From: Planctomycetota bacterium
GTDB taxonomy: Bacteria; Planctomycetota; UBA8108; SXIK01
NCBI GenBank assembly: GCA_965223265.1
Contig: OZ244999.1
Span: 7,712,001-7,776,000 of the forward strand
DNA length: 64,000 bases
Reading direction: 5' to 3'
In this document: in pieces, positions 27,684 to 37,038 of the stretch
How the letters are laid out: each line of letters begins with the position of its first letter
Numbering within the stretch: position 1 is the first letter of the stretch
Made by a program: the position numbers and the translations under genes
Notes under the pieces: generated by a model
The model's input: only the letters and a program-made list of their open reading frames with translations
What the model was told of the DNA's origin: nothing
Databases searched by the model: none

Positions 27684-29507
27684 TCAAGGCGCGGTGCGAG
27701 CCAGCACGCAGCGAAACCCCACGGCATCGTCGCGCAGGTCCCGCGGCGCACCGCGGCGCGCTGTGCTGGTGCAGCCGACCGCGCTATCTTTCCAACTGCC
27801 ACCACGCAGGACGCGCTGGCTGCCGCCACTGGCGTGCCGGGCGGAACCGTCGACCGGCGCGCCGTCGTGGGTGTCATGCCAAACGTCTTCGCACCACTCC
27901 CACAAGTAGCCGTGGACGTCGTAGAGCTGCCAAGGATTCGGGAGCTTGGCACCAACCGGTGGGTCGTTGCCCTTGGCATTGCCGCGGTACCAACCAAAGT
28001 TCGTTAAATCCTCTTCGCCGTCACCGAACGAGTAGGTTGTGGTCGTGCCGGCGCGAGCGCAGTACTCCCACTCGGCCTCGCTCGGGAGCCGCACGACTTC
28101 GTCGGCTGCGATCAATCCGGCGGCACGCAGCAACGCCGTCGCGCGCGCGCAAAAAGTACGCGCCGCATCGAACGACACCATCTCGACTGAGTTGCGAGCA
28201 CCCTGCCAGCGACTCGGGTTGCGGCCCATCACGGCGGTCCAAAGGTTTTGGTGTACTTCGTACGCCGCTACCGAGAACGGCGTTTCAAAACGCACGCGCG
28301 ACGCGGGTCCTTCGCTGGACGGTCCCCCGTCACGGCCACGCATGAACTCCGACGCGAAACCGTCGCTCCCAACCTCGATCGGCACAAACTCGCTGCGAAA
28401 GATCGTTAGTACCCGTTTCTCCTCGTTGGACAGCAGGCGATGCCCCGTCACATTCAGTGGGATGCGGTAAAGGCTCAAATCAACCGTGATGTAGAGAACG
28501 TGACTCTCGTCGCCGCGGCCAAAACAGCAGTTGCTGGGCAGCCCAACGGGTGCTGCAGCACCCGGCTGGGAAGGTCCCGTCGGGATGAAGGCGACCTCAG
28601 TGCCTTTTGAATCGATCACGAGAACGCCCGGTCGCCCTGGATCGCGCAGCGTGATGTAGACATTGCCGAGGCTGTCGATGGTCATTCCATCGCAGCCGGC
28701 ACGCGTACCGAAGTCGACCAGCGTGAAACGTTCGCCCGTCGCCAAGCCGTCGGCGTCGAGGGGAAAGGCATAGATCTTCATGGCGCCGGGTTTCGGCTTC
28801 GGCGCGGTCGGATCTATGCGGTCCGTGCCGTTGTTGTGGTCCGCAACGTACAGCGTCCGCTCGTCGGGGCTCAAAACGATGCCGTTCGGTTTCTCGACGT
28901 TGTGGGTGATCTCCTGAATCTTGCCGTCGGGATTCAGACGATAGACCGCGCGATGCTCCAGCTCGCGAGGCTCGGTGCCGACGTAGCGCGGATCGGTGAA
29001 GTAGATCCGCCCGCCGCTGTCGATGACGAGATCATTCGGAGCGTTCAGTCGTTTGCCATCGAACGAATCGACGAGCACTTCGCTCGTTGCGGTTTCAACG
29101 TTCCACCGCACCACCGCGCGACCACCGTGGTCGGAACCTTGGCAGGCAACGAGATCACCGTCTGCGTCAAACATGAGCCCGTTTGACTTACCACTATCGG
29201 CCGTGAACACGGTCGTCGCGCGCGTACGCGGGTCGAATTGAAGAATCATGCCGCGATCAGCGCCAAACGGAATGTCGGTGAAATAGATCGTACCGTCCGG
29301 AGCCACGGCTGGACCCTCCGTCAGACCGCCGTCGATGGCGACGCTCCGTGTGTAGAGTAGCTCCAGTTTGGCATCAGGCGAGACGATGCTGTCGCCGGAC
29401 GGTCGCAGCTCAACGGCCTCCACCGCGGCGAACGAACCAAGCAACAGAGCGAGGGCGAGAGTGATCACCGGTAAAACAACGGTCACGCGAAAAGGGAAAA
29501 CGTCCAT
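27684..29507 (-). CDS. SMP-30/gluconolactonase beta-propeller fused to a C-terminal FGE-sulfatase (CLec-fold) domain, exported
   Basis: Signal peptide after ATG 29507. SMP-30 motifs TEGP, SNGL, LNAPNDL, YFTDP, PNGI, CDGM and SNCCFG. FGE motifs RLPSEAEWEY, LYDVHGYLWEW, RGGSW and GFR. Confidence 0.88.
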   Translation of the reverse strand: MDVFPFRVTVVLPVITLALALLLGSFAAVEAVELRPSGDSIVSPDAKLELLYTRSVAIDGGLTEGPAVAPDGTIYFTDIPFGADRGMILQFDPRTRATTVFTADSGKSNGLMFDADGDLVACQGSDHGGRAVVRWNVETATSEVLVDSFDGKRLNAPNDLVIDSGGRIYFTDPRYVGTEPRELEHRAVYRLNPDGKIQEITHNVEKPNGIVLSPDERTLYVADHNNGTDRIDPTAPKPKPGAMKIYAFPLDADGLATGERFTLVDFGTRAGCDGMTIDSLGNVYITLRDPGRPGVLVIDSKGTEVAFIPTGPSQPGAAAPVGLPSNCCFGRGDESHVLYITVDLSLYRIPLNVTGHRLLSNEEKRVLTIFRSEFVPIEVGSDGFASEFMRGRDGGPSSEGPASRVRFETPFSVAAYEVHQNLWTAVMGRNPSRWQGARNSVEMVSFDAARTFCARATALLRAAGLIAADEVVRLPSEAEWEYCARAGTTTTYSFGDGEEDLTNFGWYRGNAKGNDPPVGAKLPNPWQLYDVHGYLWEWCEDVWHDTHDGAPVDGSARHASGGSQRVLRGGSWKDSAVGCTSTARRGAPRDLRDDAVGFRCVLARTAP

Positions 29508-29732
29508 GTCGCATCTCTTTTGGCAGATCAAGTCAAACGTCGTGAATCGTGCGAAAGCAACCCCGCCGGTAGGAATCCCTCGAGATCCCGGGCGCCCCCT
29601 GCGGCGTCGGACCGTCTCAATTGCGGCACGACCCTGCACTTCGAAGCTCGGGCGGCGTGTCAACACGGCGGGCACCGGGGGCACGGTATCGGACGAACCC
29701 CTGCGCCGTCCAAACGAAATCGCCGAGAAAGA

Positions 29733-31976
29733 TCACCCTTCCGTGCCGAGTGCCGCGTTGAGCGTCGGAACGCGCTGCCTCACGAAGACGCGAAGAAACG
29801 CGTAGGCGTCGATGATGCGCTGACGCGCGGCGCCGTCGGCCTCTCCCTTGAACGTGTCAAGGAGTGAAAGATCCGCGAGCAACAGTGCCTCGAGGGAGTC
29901 GATCTCTGCGGTCAGGAATTCAACCGAGAGCGGCTCTCCCGGAGCTAGGAGGTCTCTGAAGCGACTACGAAAAGCAGCCGCCAGATCTGGTTGACCATGA
30001 AACGGTTTCAACACCTCCCCGCCAGCCATCATCGTCGGAGGCGCCGACGGTGATCCGAAACACATATCAAGATCCCATGGCACCAGTCGCCAACGCCCTT
30101 CAGGCGTGGTTTCGCGGTAGAGGAAGTGATTGTTACCGACGCCGTCGCCGTTCACCGTGAACGCGCCGCCGATCGAAAAGTGGCTCATGGCGCTGAAGTC
30201 GTACGTCTCGAGGATCATGTCACGGATCTCTGCAGCAGGCTTCTTGATCTCTTGTCGGAAGGCTAAGAACTCGGAGAGCCCGGTTTCCGGGTTCGTCTTC
30301 TTCTCCCAGCTATTCTTGTTGTTCTTGTAGATGTCACCGGAATCGTCGAGATCGTTGAGTCGCATGAAGCGTTCATTGACTTGCTGGATCGTGATGCGCT
30401 GTGTGTGCTTGTGCACAAGCTCCGCCGGCCTCACGACGCGATACCACTCCGAGCGCGGCGCCAGCGCACCGATGAAGCGGTGAATCTCGAAGGCGAAGTG
30501 TTCGGTGTGCGTAGCAAGGGGTCCACCGGTGGCCTCAGGTTTGCCGTCCGGCGGCATGAGATTGAGCGTGCGCTGCTCGGCGAACTCTTCGCCTTTAAGA
30601 AATGTTAGCTTGCTGAATCCGGAGATGGTCGGGCGCGTCGTCGCGCCGTGGAGCACCGGCGCAGGGTCGCCAGGCCGCTGCACGGCGACGACGCTGAATT
30701 CGCGCTCGCCGTCTGCAAGACCCGATGGCGCAGGAGGGTCGAAGACAAACATGAGCGGCAAGAGAGTCTCGATCTCGCGGTCGTACGTGAGGTAGTTGAG
30801 GACCGGCGCCGGTTCCGCCTCGTGCGGCAAATCCAAGACCTCGCCGCCATCGAGCTCGACCTTCAAACGATACCGCGTCAGGGTTTGCGTCGGTGCTGCC
30901 GGCAGCGTCGCGCTCAGCGTCGTACTCGCAGTTTGCGACTCCGTGACAGCCATCTCCACTGAACCGCCCGCCTCGACGGTTCGGGCAACGCGCTCCCACG
31001 TCAGCGTCACGCGCGCGATCGCACTCGCTGGCGCGTCGAGCGTGACGCGGACCTCCGGGCTGTCCGTGGAAAACGGTGTCGCGGGCACCGTCTCCGCCGC
31101 AGCGATCACCGGTCGCACTGGCGTTCCGAGCGTCGAGTTCTCGGCACCGGGCGTGCCGGCTTCGGACAGAGAGGCGCGCCAAGTGTGAAAATCGTCGCTC
31201 GGCGCAGCGACATCGATTCGCTCGAGCGAACGCCCGTAACCGTCGGCACCGACGGCCCAGGGGGCGCGATCGTCGTAACGCACAGAATCCTCATCCGCTA
31301 CGCTGCCTTCGCCGCAGCCGGGTGCCGTGAGCGTCAAGCGTTCCCCGCCGTTGGCAAGCTCACCTTCATAGGGTCCGACGACGGGCGCTGCGGGCTCGCG
31401 CCAAATCGCACGTTCTGGAACCTTGGCGACGATGAGAAAACCGCCGGCAGGCAGCATCGTTCCATCGGGAATCGTAAAACGGACGCCGTTGGTGAACGCG
31501 TAGCCGCTCACATCTATGTCGGCGCTAGAGCGGTTGTGAAGCTCAACGAACTCGTTGCGCTGATCGTTGCGGTTGTTGTTGATGGGATCGTACTGGATCT
31601 CGCTGATGACTACGGCGGGTGGGGCGTCCGGGGCGTCAGCGCAATCGAGCGCATCACACGTCGAGTCTGGCCCGAGTTCTGCGTTCGGCAAGCCCGCCCG
31701 ATCGCTGCCGAAAAGAAGCTGAAGCGTCGCCAAGGCGTCGTCGATGTTCAGGAGACCATCGTCATTTGTGTCCGCGGCGTCGCGGCAACGAAGCTCGACG
31801 CCACCGGAGAAGAGAAAGAGCAGCTGCGTGACGGCGTCCGAAACATTGACCCGGCCATCCCTGGTTGCGTCGCCGCGACGAAAGTCAGCAGCGGCAGGAG
31901 AACTCCCTAACGCGGCAAGCGCCAAGGCAGCAAAAACAATCGCCAAACGGCGGCAGAAGGCATGGTATCGTCTCAT
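29733..31976 (-). CDS. Exported protein: dockerin-like domain, lamin-tail domain and CotH-like kinase domain
   Basis: Signal peptide from ATG 31976. Dockerin FRRGDAT..DAADTND. LTD VVISEIQY..EFVELHN..LANGGE..GRSLER. CotH-like NNHFLY..WRLVPWDLD. Confidence 0.85.
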   Translation of the reverse strand: MRRYHAFCRRLAIVFAALALAALGSSPAAADFRRGDATRDGRVNVSDAVTQLLFLFSGGVELRCRDAADTNDDGLLNIDDALATLQLLFGSDRAGLPNAELGPDSTCDALDCADAPDAPPAVVISEIQYDPINNNRNDQRNEFVELHNRSSADIDVSGYAFTNGVRFTIPDGTMLPAGGFLIVAKVPERAIWREPAAPVVGPYEGELANGGERLTLTAPGCGEGSVADEDSVRYDDRAPWAVGADGYGRSLERIDVAAPSDDFHTWRASLSEAGTPGAENSTLGTPVRPVIAAAETVPATPFSTDSPEVRVTLDAPASAIARVTLTWERVARTVEAGGSVEMAVTESQTASTTLSATLPAAPTQTLTRYRLKVELDGGEVLDLPHEAEPAPVLNYLTYDREIETLLPLMFVFDPPAPSGLADGEREFSVVAVQRPGDPAPVLHGATTRPTISGFSKLTFLKGEEFAEQRTLNLMPPDGKPEATGGPLATHTEHFAFEIHRFIGALAPRSEWYRVVRPAELVHKHTQRITIQQVNERFMRLNDLDDSGDIYKNNKNSWEKKTNPETGLSEFLAFRQEIKKPAAEIRDMILETYDFSAMSHFSIGGAFTVNGDGVGNNHFLYRETTPEGRWRLVPWDLDMCFGSPSAPPTMMAGGEVLKPFHGQPDLAAAFRSRFRDLLAPGEPLSVEFLTAEIDSLEALLLADLSLLDTFKGEADGAARQRIIDAYAFLRVFVRQRVPTLNAALGTEG

Positions 31977-32173
31977 GTTGCGCTCACTCAGCAGCGAAGA
32001 AGAGCCCGACCCCGTGTCCCCGTGCCGCCCCTGCCTCTCAGGGGCCACGACCGTACTGCGGCGCGGAAAACGAAGACGTAGCGATGGAAGGTCGATTATA
32101 GCCCAACGACCGAGGGGTGCGAAAAGTTCTGTGCTTCGGATCACCGAACCCCCCGGGATCCGCACGTTTTCGT

Positions 32174-32203
32174 TTGACTCCTTTTTTTTGAGGGTGGTAC
32201 GAT
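32174..32203 (+). promoter_or_regulatory. Putative sigma70 promoter for the 32500 gene
   Basis: TTGACT-N18-TACGAT, with TG immediately upstream (extended -10 position). Confidence 0.55.
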
Positions 32204-32499
32204 CGAACGTCTCATTTGGGTTGTTAGGCGTAGGTCAAGAAGCGGCTCCCGGCTGAATCCGCGTTGATGCGGTTTGTCTTCAACTGCGCCGAGCTACTTG
32301 TTCTTCAAGTATCGCTGCAGGATGAGAAAGGAGGCGCGTTTCGTACCCTATGGCGAGAAATGAGCAAACGAGGGAATGAAAGGAACGCTCTAGGGTTCAC
32401 GGCTCGAGAAAGGGTGAGGCCTGTGTCGCGGTGACACCGGGCCAAGGAATTACCACAGTATCTTTATCTTTCCCAATTCTCTTGAGGGAGGGTTTTCAT

Positions 32500-34368
32500 A
32501 TGCTGAGATTCAGCACGCTTGTCGCCGTCATGTGCCTGACGACGACCTTCACGTTCGCGCAGATTACTCCTGGTGGCCTGCCGGGAGGTCAAGCGCGTAT
32601 TCTTCCTGACTACATTCCGCATATCGACGTTCGCCTCGACAAGCCGGACAACTCCTTCTGGGAAACGTACCAGTCGGGTCCGATCGGAACGGATGCTTTC
32701 GTTGTCTCGGTGAACGTCGCGGTCGTTGACACCGACAGTGTCGACACTCTGATGAGCGCCGGTGCGGTGATCGCGCCCGTCGACGGTAGCGCGCCGCTCG
32801 ACACGAATTCGTTCTGGGTCGATGACTTCAGCGCTGCGTACCTCGGCCAGATCAACGAGACGCGCCAAAGCGGTAACCCCGGCCGCGCGGCTGGCGACGC
32901 CCGCCCCGGCGGTACCTTCTGGATCGGCGGTATGGAAGCGAATCCTCACTTCTACGAGGAGTTCCAGGCCGACAACCGCTGGGACCTCGGACTGATCTAC
33001 GGTGACGGCGTCAGTGACGGCCGTTACGGTGCCGTCCAGGGTCACAACTATGACGCGGGGACCAACACCTCCGCGCCGGCGTTCCGTGCCAACAGCGGTA
33101 TCCTCAAAGACGAGACGTTCGGCGACCTGACCGGAAACGGCCAGATCGGGCGTTTCGGCGGCGAGATCACGGTCCTCGACGACGGCAATGCCGTTGTCCT
33201 GATTGACGACCGCTCCGGACTCTTCGACGCTGGCACCGCTGCGACCGCGATCATCATGGACCAGGAAGGCAACACTGTGGTGCCGACGCAGGTCCTGTCG
33301 ACCGGCGACCCATGGTCGAACATGACGTCGACCGACGGTGGCTTTGCCGTTCGTCGCGGTAACTTCGAAGGTGGGCAGATTTTCTTCTACGATAACAATG
33401 GCGATCTGCGCGGTCAGATCTCGCAGAACGGTGATGCTGACGAAGTCATCAACCTCGCGGGTGGTGGTTTCGACGGCGGTCGCGGCGACGGTACCCGCAT
33501 CGGCGGCCACGTCAACCACCAGTTCGTCTTTCTCGCTGGTACGATCACCCGCACGGTGGACGAGCAGCCGCAGGAAAACGTCTGGGTCGCAGCGTTCAAC
33601 GCTACCGACGTCAGTTTCGTGAACGCCGTCAATGTCAACGAGCTGAACGAAGACAACGGCGGCACGGATTCCGACAACTTCCTGGCTGATTTCGATCGCG
33701 TTGCGGTCGCTACGGACGCTCTCGGCCGCCTCACGGTGGCTTGGGATACGATCCTGCCGGGCGTGACGACGCAGAACCAGTGGGTCGGTCGTCACCTGGC
33801 GTTCGACGCCACGGACGGTAGCTTCGCCTACCAGTCGCCGTCGTACTTCGTCTTCGAAAACCACCAGACCGGTGACACCGGCGAAGCTCCGATTCGCACG
33901 ACGCAGGGCTCGGTCGCCATGACCACCCGCGAGGTGTGCTTCGGCGCCAAGGGTGAGGTCAACACCGACAACGATCCGAGCCAGGGTGCCAACACCCCGG
34001 GTCAGGTCAACGTCATCACGATCGTCGCCCACCCCGATCCGCAAGACGATCCGACGCCTCCGGCCGGTACGAAGGTCAAGCCGGGCGATGTCAACCTCGA
34101 CGGTGGGGTCGATATCTCCGATCCGGTCGCCGACCTCAACTTCCAGTTCGCCGGTATCGCGCTTGATCCGTGCCTCATCGACGGTATCTCGATCAGCGCC
34201 GGCGGTCTGCCGCTCGTCGACTTCAACGGTGACGGCGGACACGACATCTCCGACCCAGTGGCGTCGCTCAACTGGCAGTTCGCCGGTGGCGGCAACCCGC
34301 CGCACGTCCTCGGCCTCAACTGTACGACGTTCGCCATTGACTGCGACGTCGATTGCAGCGACGGCTAA
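32500..34368 (+). CDS. Secreted acidic Gly/Asp-rich protein with a C-terminal dockerin-like domain (probably highly expressed)
   Basis: GAGGGAGG RBS and signal peptide. C-terminal PGDVNLDGGVDISDP...DFNGDGGHDISDP. Strong C/T-ending codon bias and its own terminator. Confidence 0.85.
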   Translation: MLRFSTLVAVMCLTTTFTFAQITPGGLPGGQARILPDYIPHIDVRLDKPDNSFWETYQSGPIGTDAFVVSVNVAVVDTDSVDTLMSAGAVIAPVDGSAPLDTNSFWVDDFSAAYLGQINETRQSGNPGRAAGDARPGGTFWIGGMEANPHFYEEFQADNRWDLGLIYGDGVSDGRYGAVQGHNYDAGTNTSAPAFRANSGILKDETFGDLTGNGQIGRFGGEITVLDDGNAVVLIDDRSGLFDAGTAATAIIMDQEGNTVVPTQVLSTGDPWSNMTSTDGGFAVRRGNFEGGQIFFYDNNGDLRGQISQNGDADEVINLAGGGFDGGRGDGTRIGGHVNHQFVFLAGTITRTVDEQPQENVWVAAFNATDVSFVNAVNVNELNEDNGGTDSDNFLADFDRVAVATDALGRLTVAWDTILPGVTTQNQWVGRHLAFDATDGSFAYQSPSYFVFENHQTGDTGEAPIRTTQGSVAMTTREVCFGAKGEVNTDNDPSQGANTPGQVNVITIVAHPDPQDDPTPPAGTKVKPGDVNLDGGVDISDPVADLNFQFAGIALDPCLIDGISISAGGLPLVDFNGDGGHDISDPVASLNWQFAGGGNPPHVLGLNCTTFAIDCDVDCSDG

Positions 34369-34414
34369 GTACACTCGCACGACGTGACCTCCGGGTCACG
34401 CCGAGCGTTGGGTG

Positions 34415-34453
34415 AAACACCCGAGCGACACGACGTCGCTCGGGTGTTTTTTT
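34415..34453 (+). terminator. Rho-independent terminator
   Basis: AAACACCCGAGCGAC-loop-GTCGCTCGGGTGTTT running into a T7 tract. Confidence 0.9.
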
Positions 34454-34520
34454 GTATCGAGTCGGGAGACAAACGGGTAGTGATGGCGCGCCGAGGGTAG
34501 AACGGCTCTGACACACGGAT

Positions 34521-35594
34521 ATGACGGGCAAAAGCTCTTACAACATCGCTCTCTTCCCCGGCGACGGCATCGGTCAAGAGGTCACCCGCAGCGCCGCGGC
34601 GGTGCTCGCCCGGGCCTCCGAACAGCATGGACTCAAGCTGCAGCTAACGCAGTTTCCGTGGGGCGTCGACTACTACGAACAGCACGGTCGCGTCGTAGCA
34701 CCTGACTACCTCGAGACGCTGCAGGCCTTCGATGCGATCTTCCTAGGCGCGGTCGGTTATCCGTCACGGCTGGCGGATCACATCACCCTGGCACCCCTCG
34801 TCGAGATCCGTCAACGTTTCGATCAGTACGTGTGCCTGCGGCCGGCGAAGCTTCTCTCGGGAGTTCGTTCACCGCTGCGTGACGTCGAGAGCGATGCGCA
34901 GTCCGTCGACATGGTGATCCTGCGCGAGAACTCCGAGGGCGAATACCTTCCTGTCGGTGGCCGCTGCCGTGTCGGTGCTCCGGAAGAAGTTGCAGTGCAG
35001 ACGGCGATTCACAGCCGCCGCGGTGTGGAGCGTGCCCTGAGGTTCGGGTTCGACCTCGCTGCCAAGCGGCGCAAAAAACTCACCATGGTGACAAAGTCGA
35101 ACGCGCTCCGTTACGCCTTCGTTCTCTGGGACGAGGTACTCGAGAGTGTTCGCGGCGACTATCCAAACGTCGCCGCCGAGCGCCTCCACGCCGACGCGGC
35201 CGCGATGGATTTCGTGCGGCGACCGGGAGATTTCGACGTCGTCGTCGCCTCAAACCTCTTCGGTGATCTCCTCACCGATCTCTCCGCTGTGATCGTCGGC
35301 GGTTTGGGCCTCGCGCCGAGCGCCAACATCAATCCCGAGCGCAAGTTCCCATCACTGTTCGAGCCGGTGCACGGCTCCGCGCCTGACATCGCGGGCAAAG
35401 GCATCGCCAACCCCGTCGCCGCGATTCTCAGCGCCGCGATGATGCTGGAGTGGCTCGAGCAACGCGGCGCGGCCGAGCGTATTCGCGCCGCGGTCGAAGG
35501 GGCGCTGCGCGACGGCTGCCGCACGCCCGACCTCGGCGGCGACTTGACGACGACGGGGATGACGGATGCCGTCGTGGCGCGGTTGGCGCGGTGA
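34521..35594 (+). CDS. Tartrate/D-malate dehydrogenase-like member of the isopropylmalate dehydrogenase family
   Basis: Motifs PGDGIGQEV, IFLGAVG, DHITL, RENSEGEY, TKSNA, SNLFGDLLTDL and EPVHGSAPDIAGKGIANP. Confidence 0.88.
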   Translation: MTGKSSYNIALFPGDGIGQEVTRSAAAVLARASEQHGLKLQLTQFPWGVDYYEQHGRVVAPDYLETLQAFDAIFLGAVGYPSRLADHITLAPLVEIRQRFDQYVCLRPAKLLSGVRSPLRDVESDAQSVDMVILRENSEGEYLPVGGRCRVGAPEEVAVQTAIHSRRGVERALRFGFDLAAKRRKKLTMVTKSNALRYAFVLWDEVLESVRGDYPNVAAERLHADAAAMDFVRRPGDFDVVVASNLFGDLLTDLSAVIVGGLGLAPSANINPERKFPSLFEPVHGSAPDIAGKGIANPVAAILSAAMMLEWLEQRGAAERIRAAVEGALRDGCRTPDLGGDLTTTGMTDAVVARLAR

Positions 35595-35666
35595 GGAACG
35601 ATCTCGACGCTGCGAAAAGTAGCTGGCCCACGCCTGTGTGCCGTCCGTGCCTAGCGCCACGAGTAC

Positions 35667-35861
35667 GCGCCACCTGTCTTCTTTCAGAGGGCGCGCGCCC
35701 AAAAGGACACCTGCCTTCGTTGTCTCCGTTACCTTCTGTTCGATTCCCACTGCGATCACGCTGAGGAGTTCTTGACAGAAAGAAACGGACGAAACAGACG
35801 AAACGAAGGCACGACGACAACGACTGCCACCCTCCCGAGTGGGCGCCACCTGTCTTCTTTC
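35667..35861. repeat. Intergenic element: 19-bp direct repeats enclosing an imperfect inverted repeat
   Basis: GCGCCACCTGTCTTCTTTC at 35667-35685 and 35843-35861. TGCCTTCGTT...TTCTGT (35712-35739) pairs with ACAGAA...AACGAAGGCA (35775-35811). Confidence 0.8.
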
Positions 35862-35897
35862 GGGGCGCCCGTCGGGGCACGACATCGGTCTCAGCAG

Positions 35898-36980
35898 TCA
35901 CCGCTCCTCGTCGTCCTTGCCGAGCGCACGCTCAACGAACTCGCGTAGCTCGTTCACCTCGTCGCGTAGGCGCTCGATCTCGTGCCAGACGCGGCGGTGC
36001 TCGCGATGCTCCCGATGGCGACGCTCGTCGTGACGCCGCTCCGCGTCGCGATCGCGCCGACGCTCCAAAGCCATCTCCGTACGCTCAGCTTCCTCGGCCA
36101 GCTCACGCGCCTCGTCGAGCCGGCCGCGCAGCCTCGCCCGCAGCGACTCCTTGCGCAGCTCGCCGATGTGCTCGATGGCCTCTTCGAACTCACGCTCGCG
36201 ACGCTCTGCATGACTGTCGTCGTGACCGCTGCGGCGCTCCAGTTTTCGCAGCTGGTGTTGCAGTCGATCGATCTCACGCTCAAGAACCTCGGCCTCGTGC
36301 CGGTTCTCTGCGGCGCCCTCGTCGTCACCACGGTCCTCGGCCCTGACAAGCTCAGCATGCCTGAGCTCCAGTTGTCGTTTCTCTTCTGTAAGCCGCGCCA
36401 AGAGCTCGCGGTGCTCCAATGATCGGGCGTGCGCTCTGTCGCGCTGGCGCGCCATGCGGTACTCGGTCTCAGCGTGTGCTGTCTCGCGCTGGCGCTCGAG
36501 CTCTTGGCGTCGCCACTTGATCATGCGGTTGAGGTCGCTGAGTTGAAGATCGAGCACGCGCACTTCGTCCTCACGCCCGAGGCGCTTGAGCTCACTCATC
36601 TCGGCCGCTTTCTCGTCTACGAGGCGTTCGAGCTCCGCTAGCGGCGGCAGCCGAGCCGCGTCCGGGCGAGCCTGCGCGGCGGAGGCCAGCTCTCGTGCCT
36701 TCTTCAGCTCCGCTTCCAGGGCCCCGAGTCGGAACGAAAGCGCGAAAACCTGCTGGCGCAAAACGTCGACCTCCCGTTCGGGCGCCTTCTTCCGCGCAGC
36801 GGCGGACGCATCCTCCGCATGATCGATCGCACCCGCCGCCTCAGACTCAGGTTCACGGAGTTCACGAAGACGCTCGACCTTTTCGTCTTCGGCCTGCGCT
36901 AGGCCAAGGTCATCAAGTCCGATCAAAAGGAGGATCGCAGCTGTGGCGCCCGCGGCTGAAAGCTGGACAAGTCGTTTCAT
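35898..36980 (-). CDS. Exported long coiled-coil hypothetical protein
   Basis: GGAGG RBS, signal peptide, and E/R/L-rich heptads throughout. Confidence 0.75.
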   Translation of the reverse strand: MKRLVQLSAAGATAAILLLIGLDDLGLAQAEDEKVERLRELREPESEAAGAIDHAEDASAAARKKAPEREVDVLRQQVFALSFRLGALEAELKKARELASAAQARPDAARLPPLAELERLVDEKAAEMSELKRLGREDEVRVLDLQLSDLNRMIKWRRQELERQRETAHAETEYRMARQRDRAHARSLEHRELLARLTEEKRQLELRHAELVRAEDRGDDEGAAENRHEAEVLEREIDRLQHQLRKLERRSGHDDSHAERREREFEEAIEHIGELRKESLRARLRGRLDEARELAEEAERTEMALERRRDRDAERRHDERRHREHREHRRVWHEIERLRDEVNELREFVERALGKDDEER

Positions 36981-37038
36981 GATGAAAACCTCCGGTTGAG
37001 GGAACAGTTCGAAATCAGCATTCCTCGTGGCGACGTAC

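Noticed and set aside
26660-27850. Complete diversity-generating retroelement (CLec target gene followed by an Avd-fold gene)
   Set aside because: No RT in the window, and no template repeat resembling the 3' end of any FGE gene. The small protein fits the 23S-IVP four-helix pattern.
25833-28007. Low-complexity ORFs across the arrays (HT, HS/HA, LLSL, FCLC, SASV, CVRV repeats)
   Set aside because: These are by-products of stop-free repeats in all frames, with no RBS or domain support. Only the frame fused to the four-helix gene is kept, as a hypothesis.
32464-34380. 638-aa antisense ORF (likewise 4246-5685, 23542-26196 and 61961-63400)
   Set aside because: Shadow ORFs caused by GC-rich codon bias of the real genes on the opposite strand. 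No recognisable motifs.
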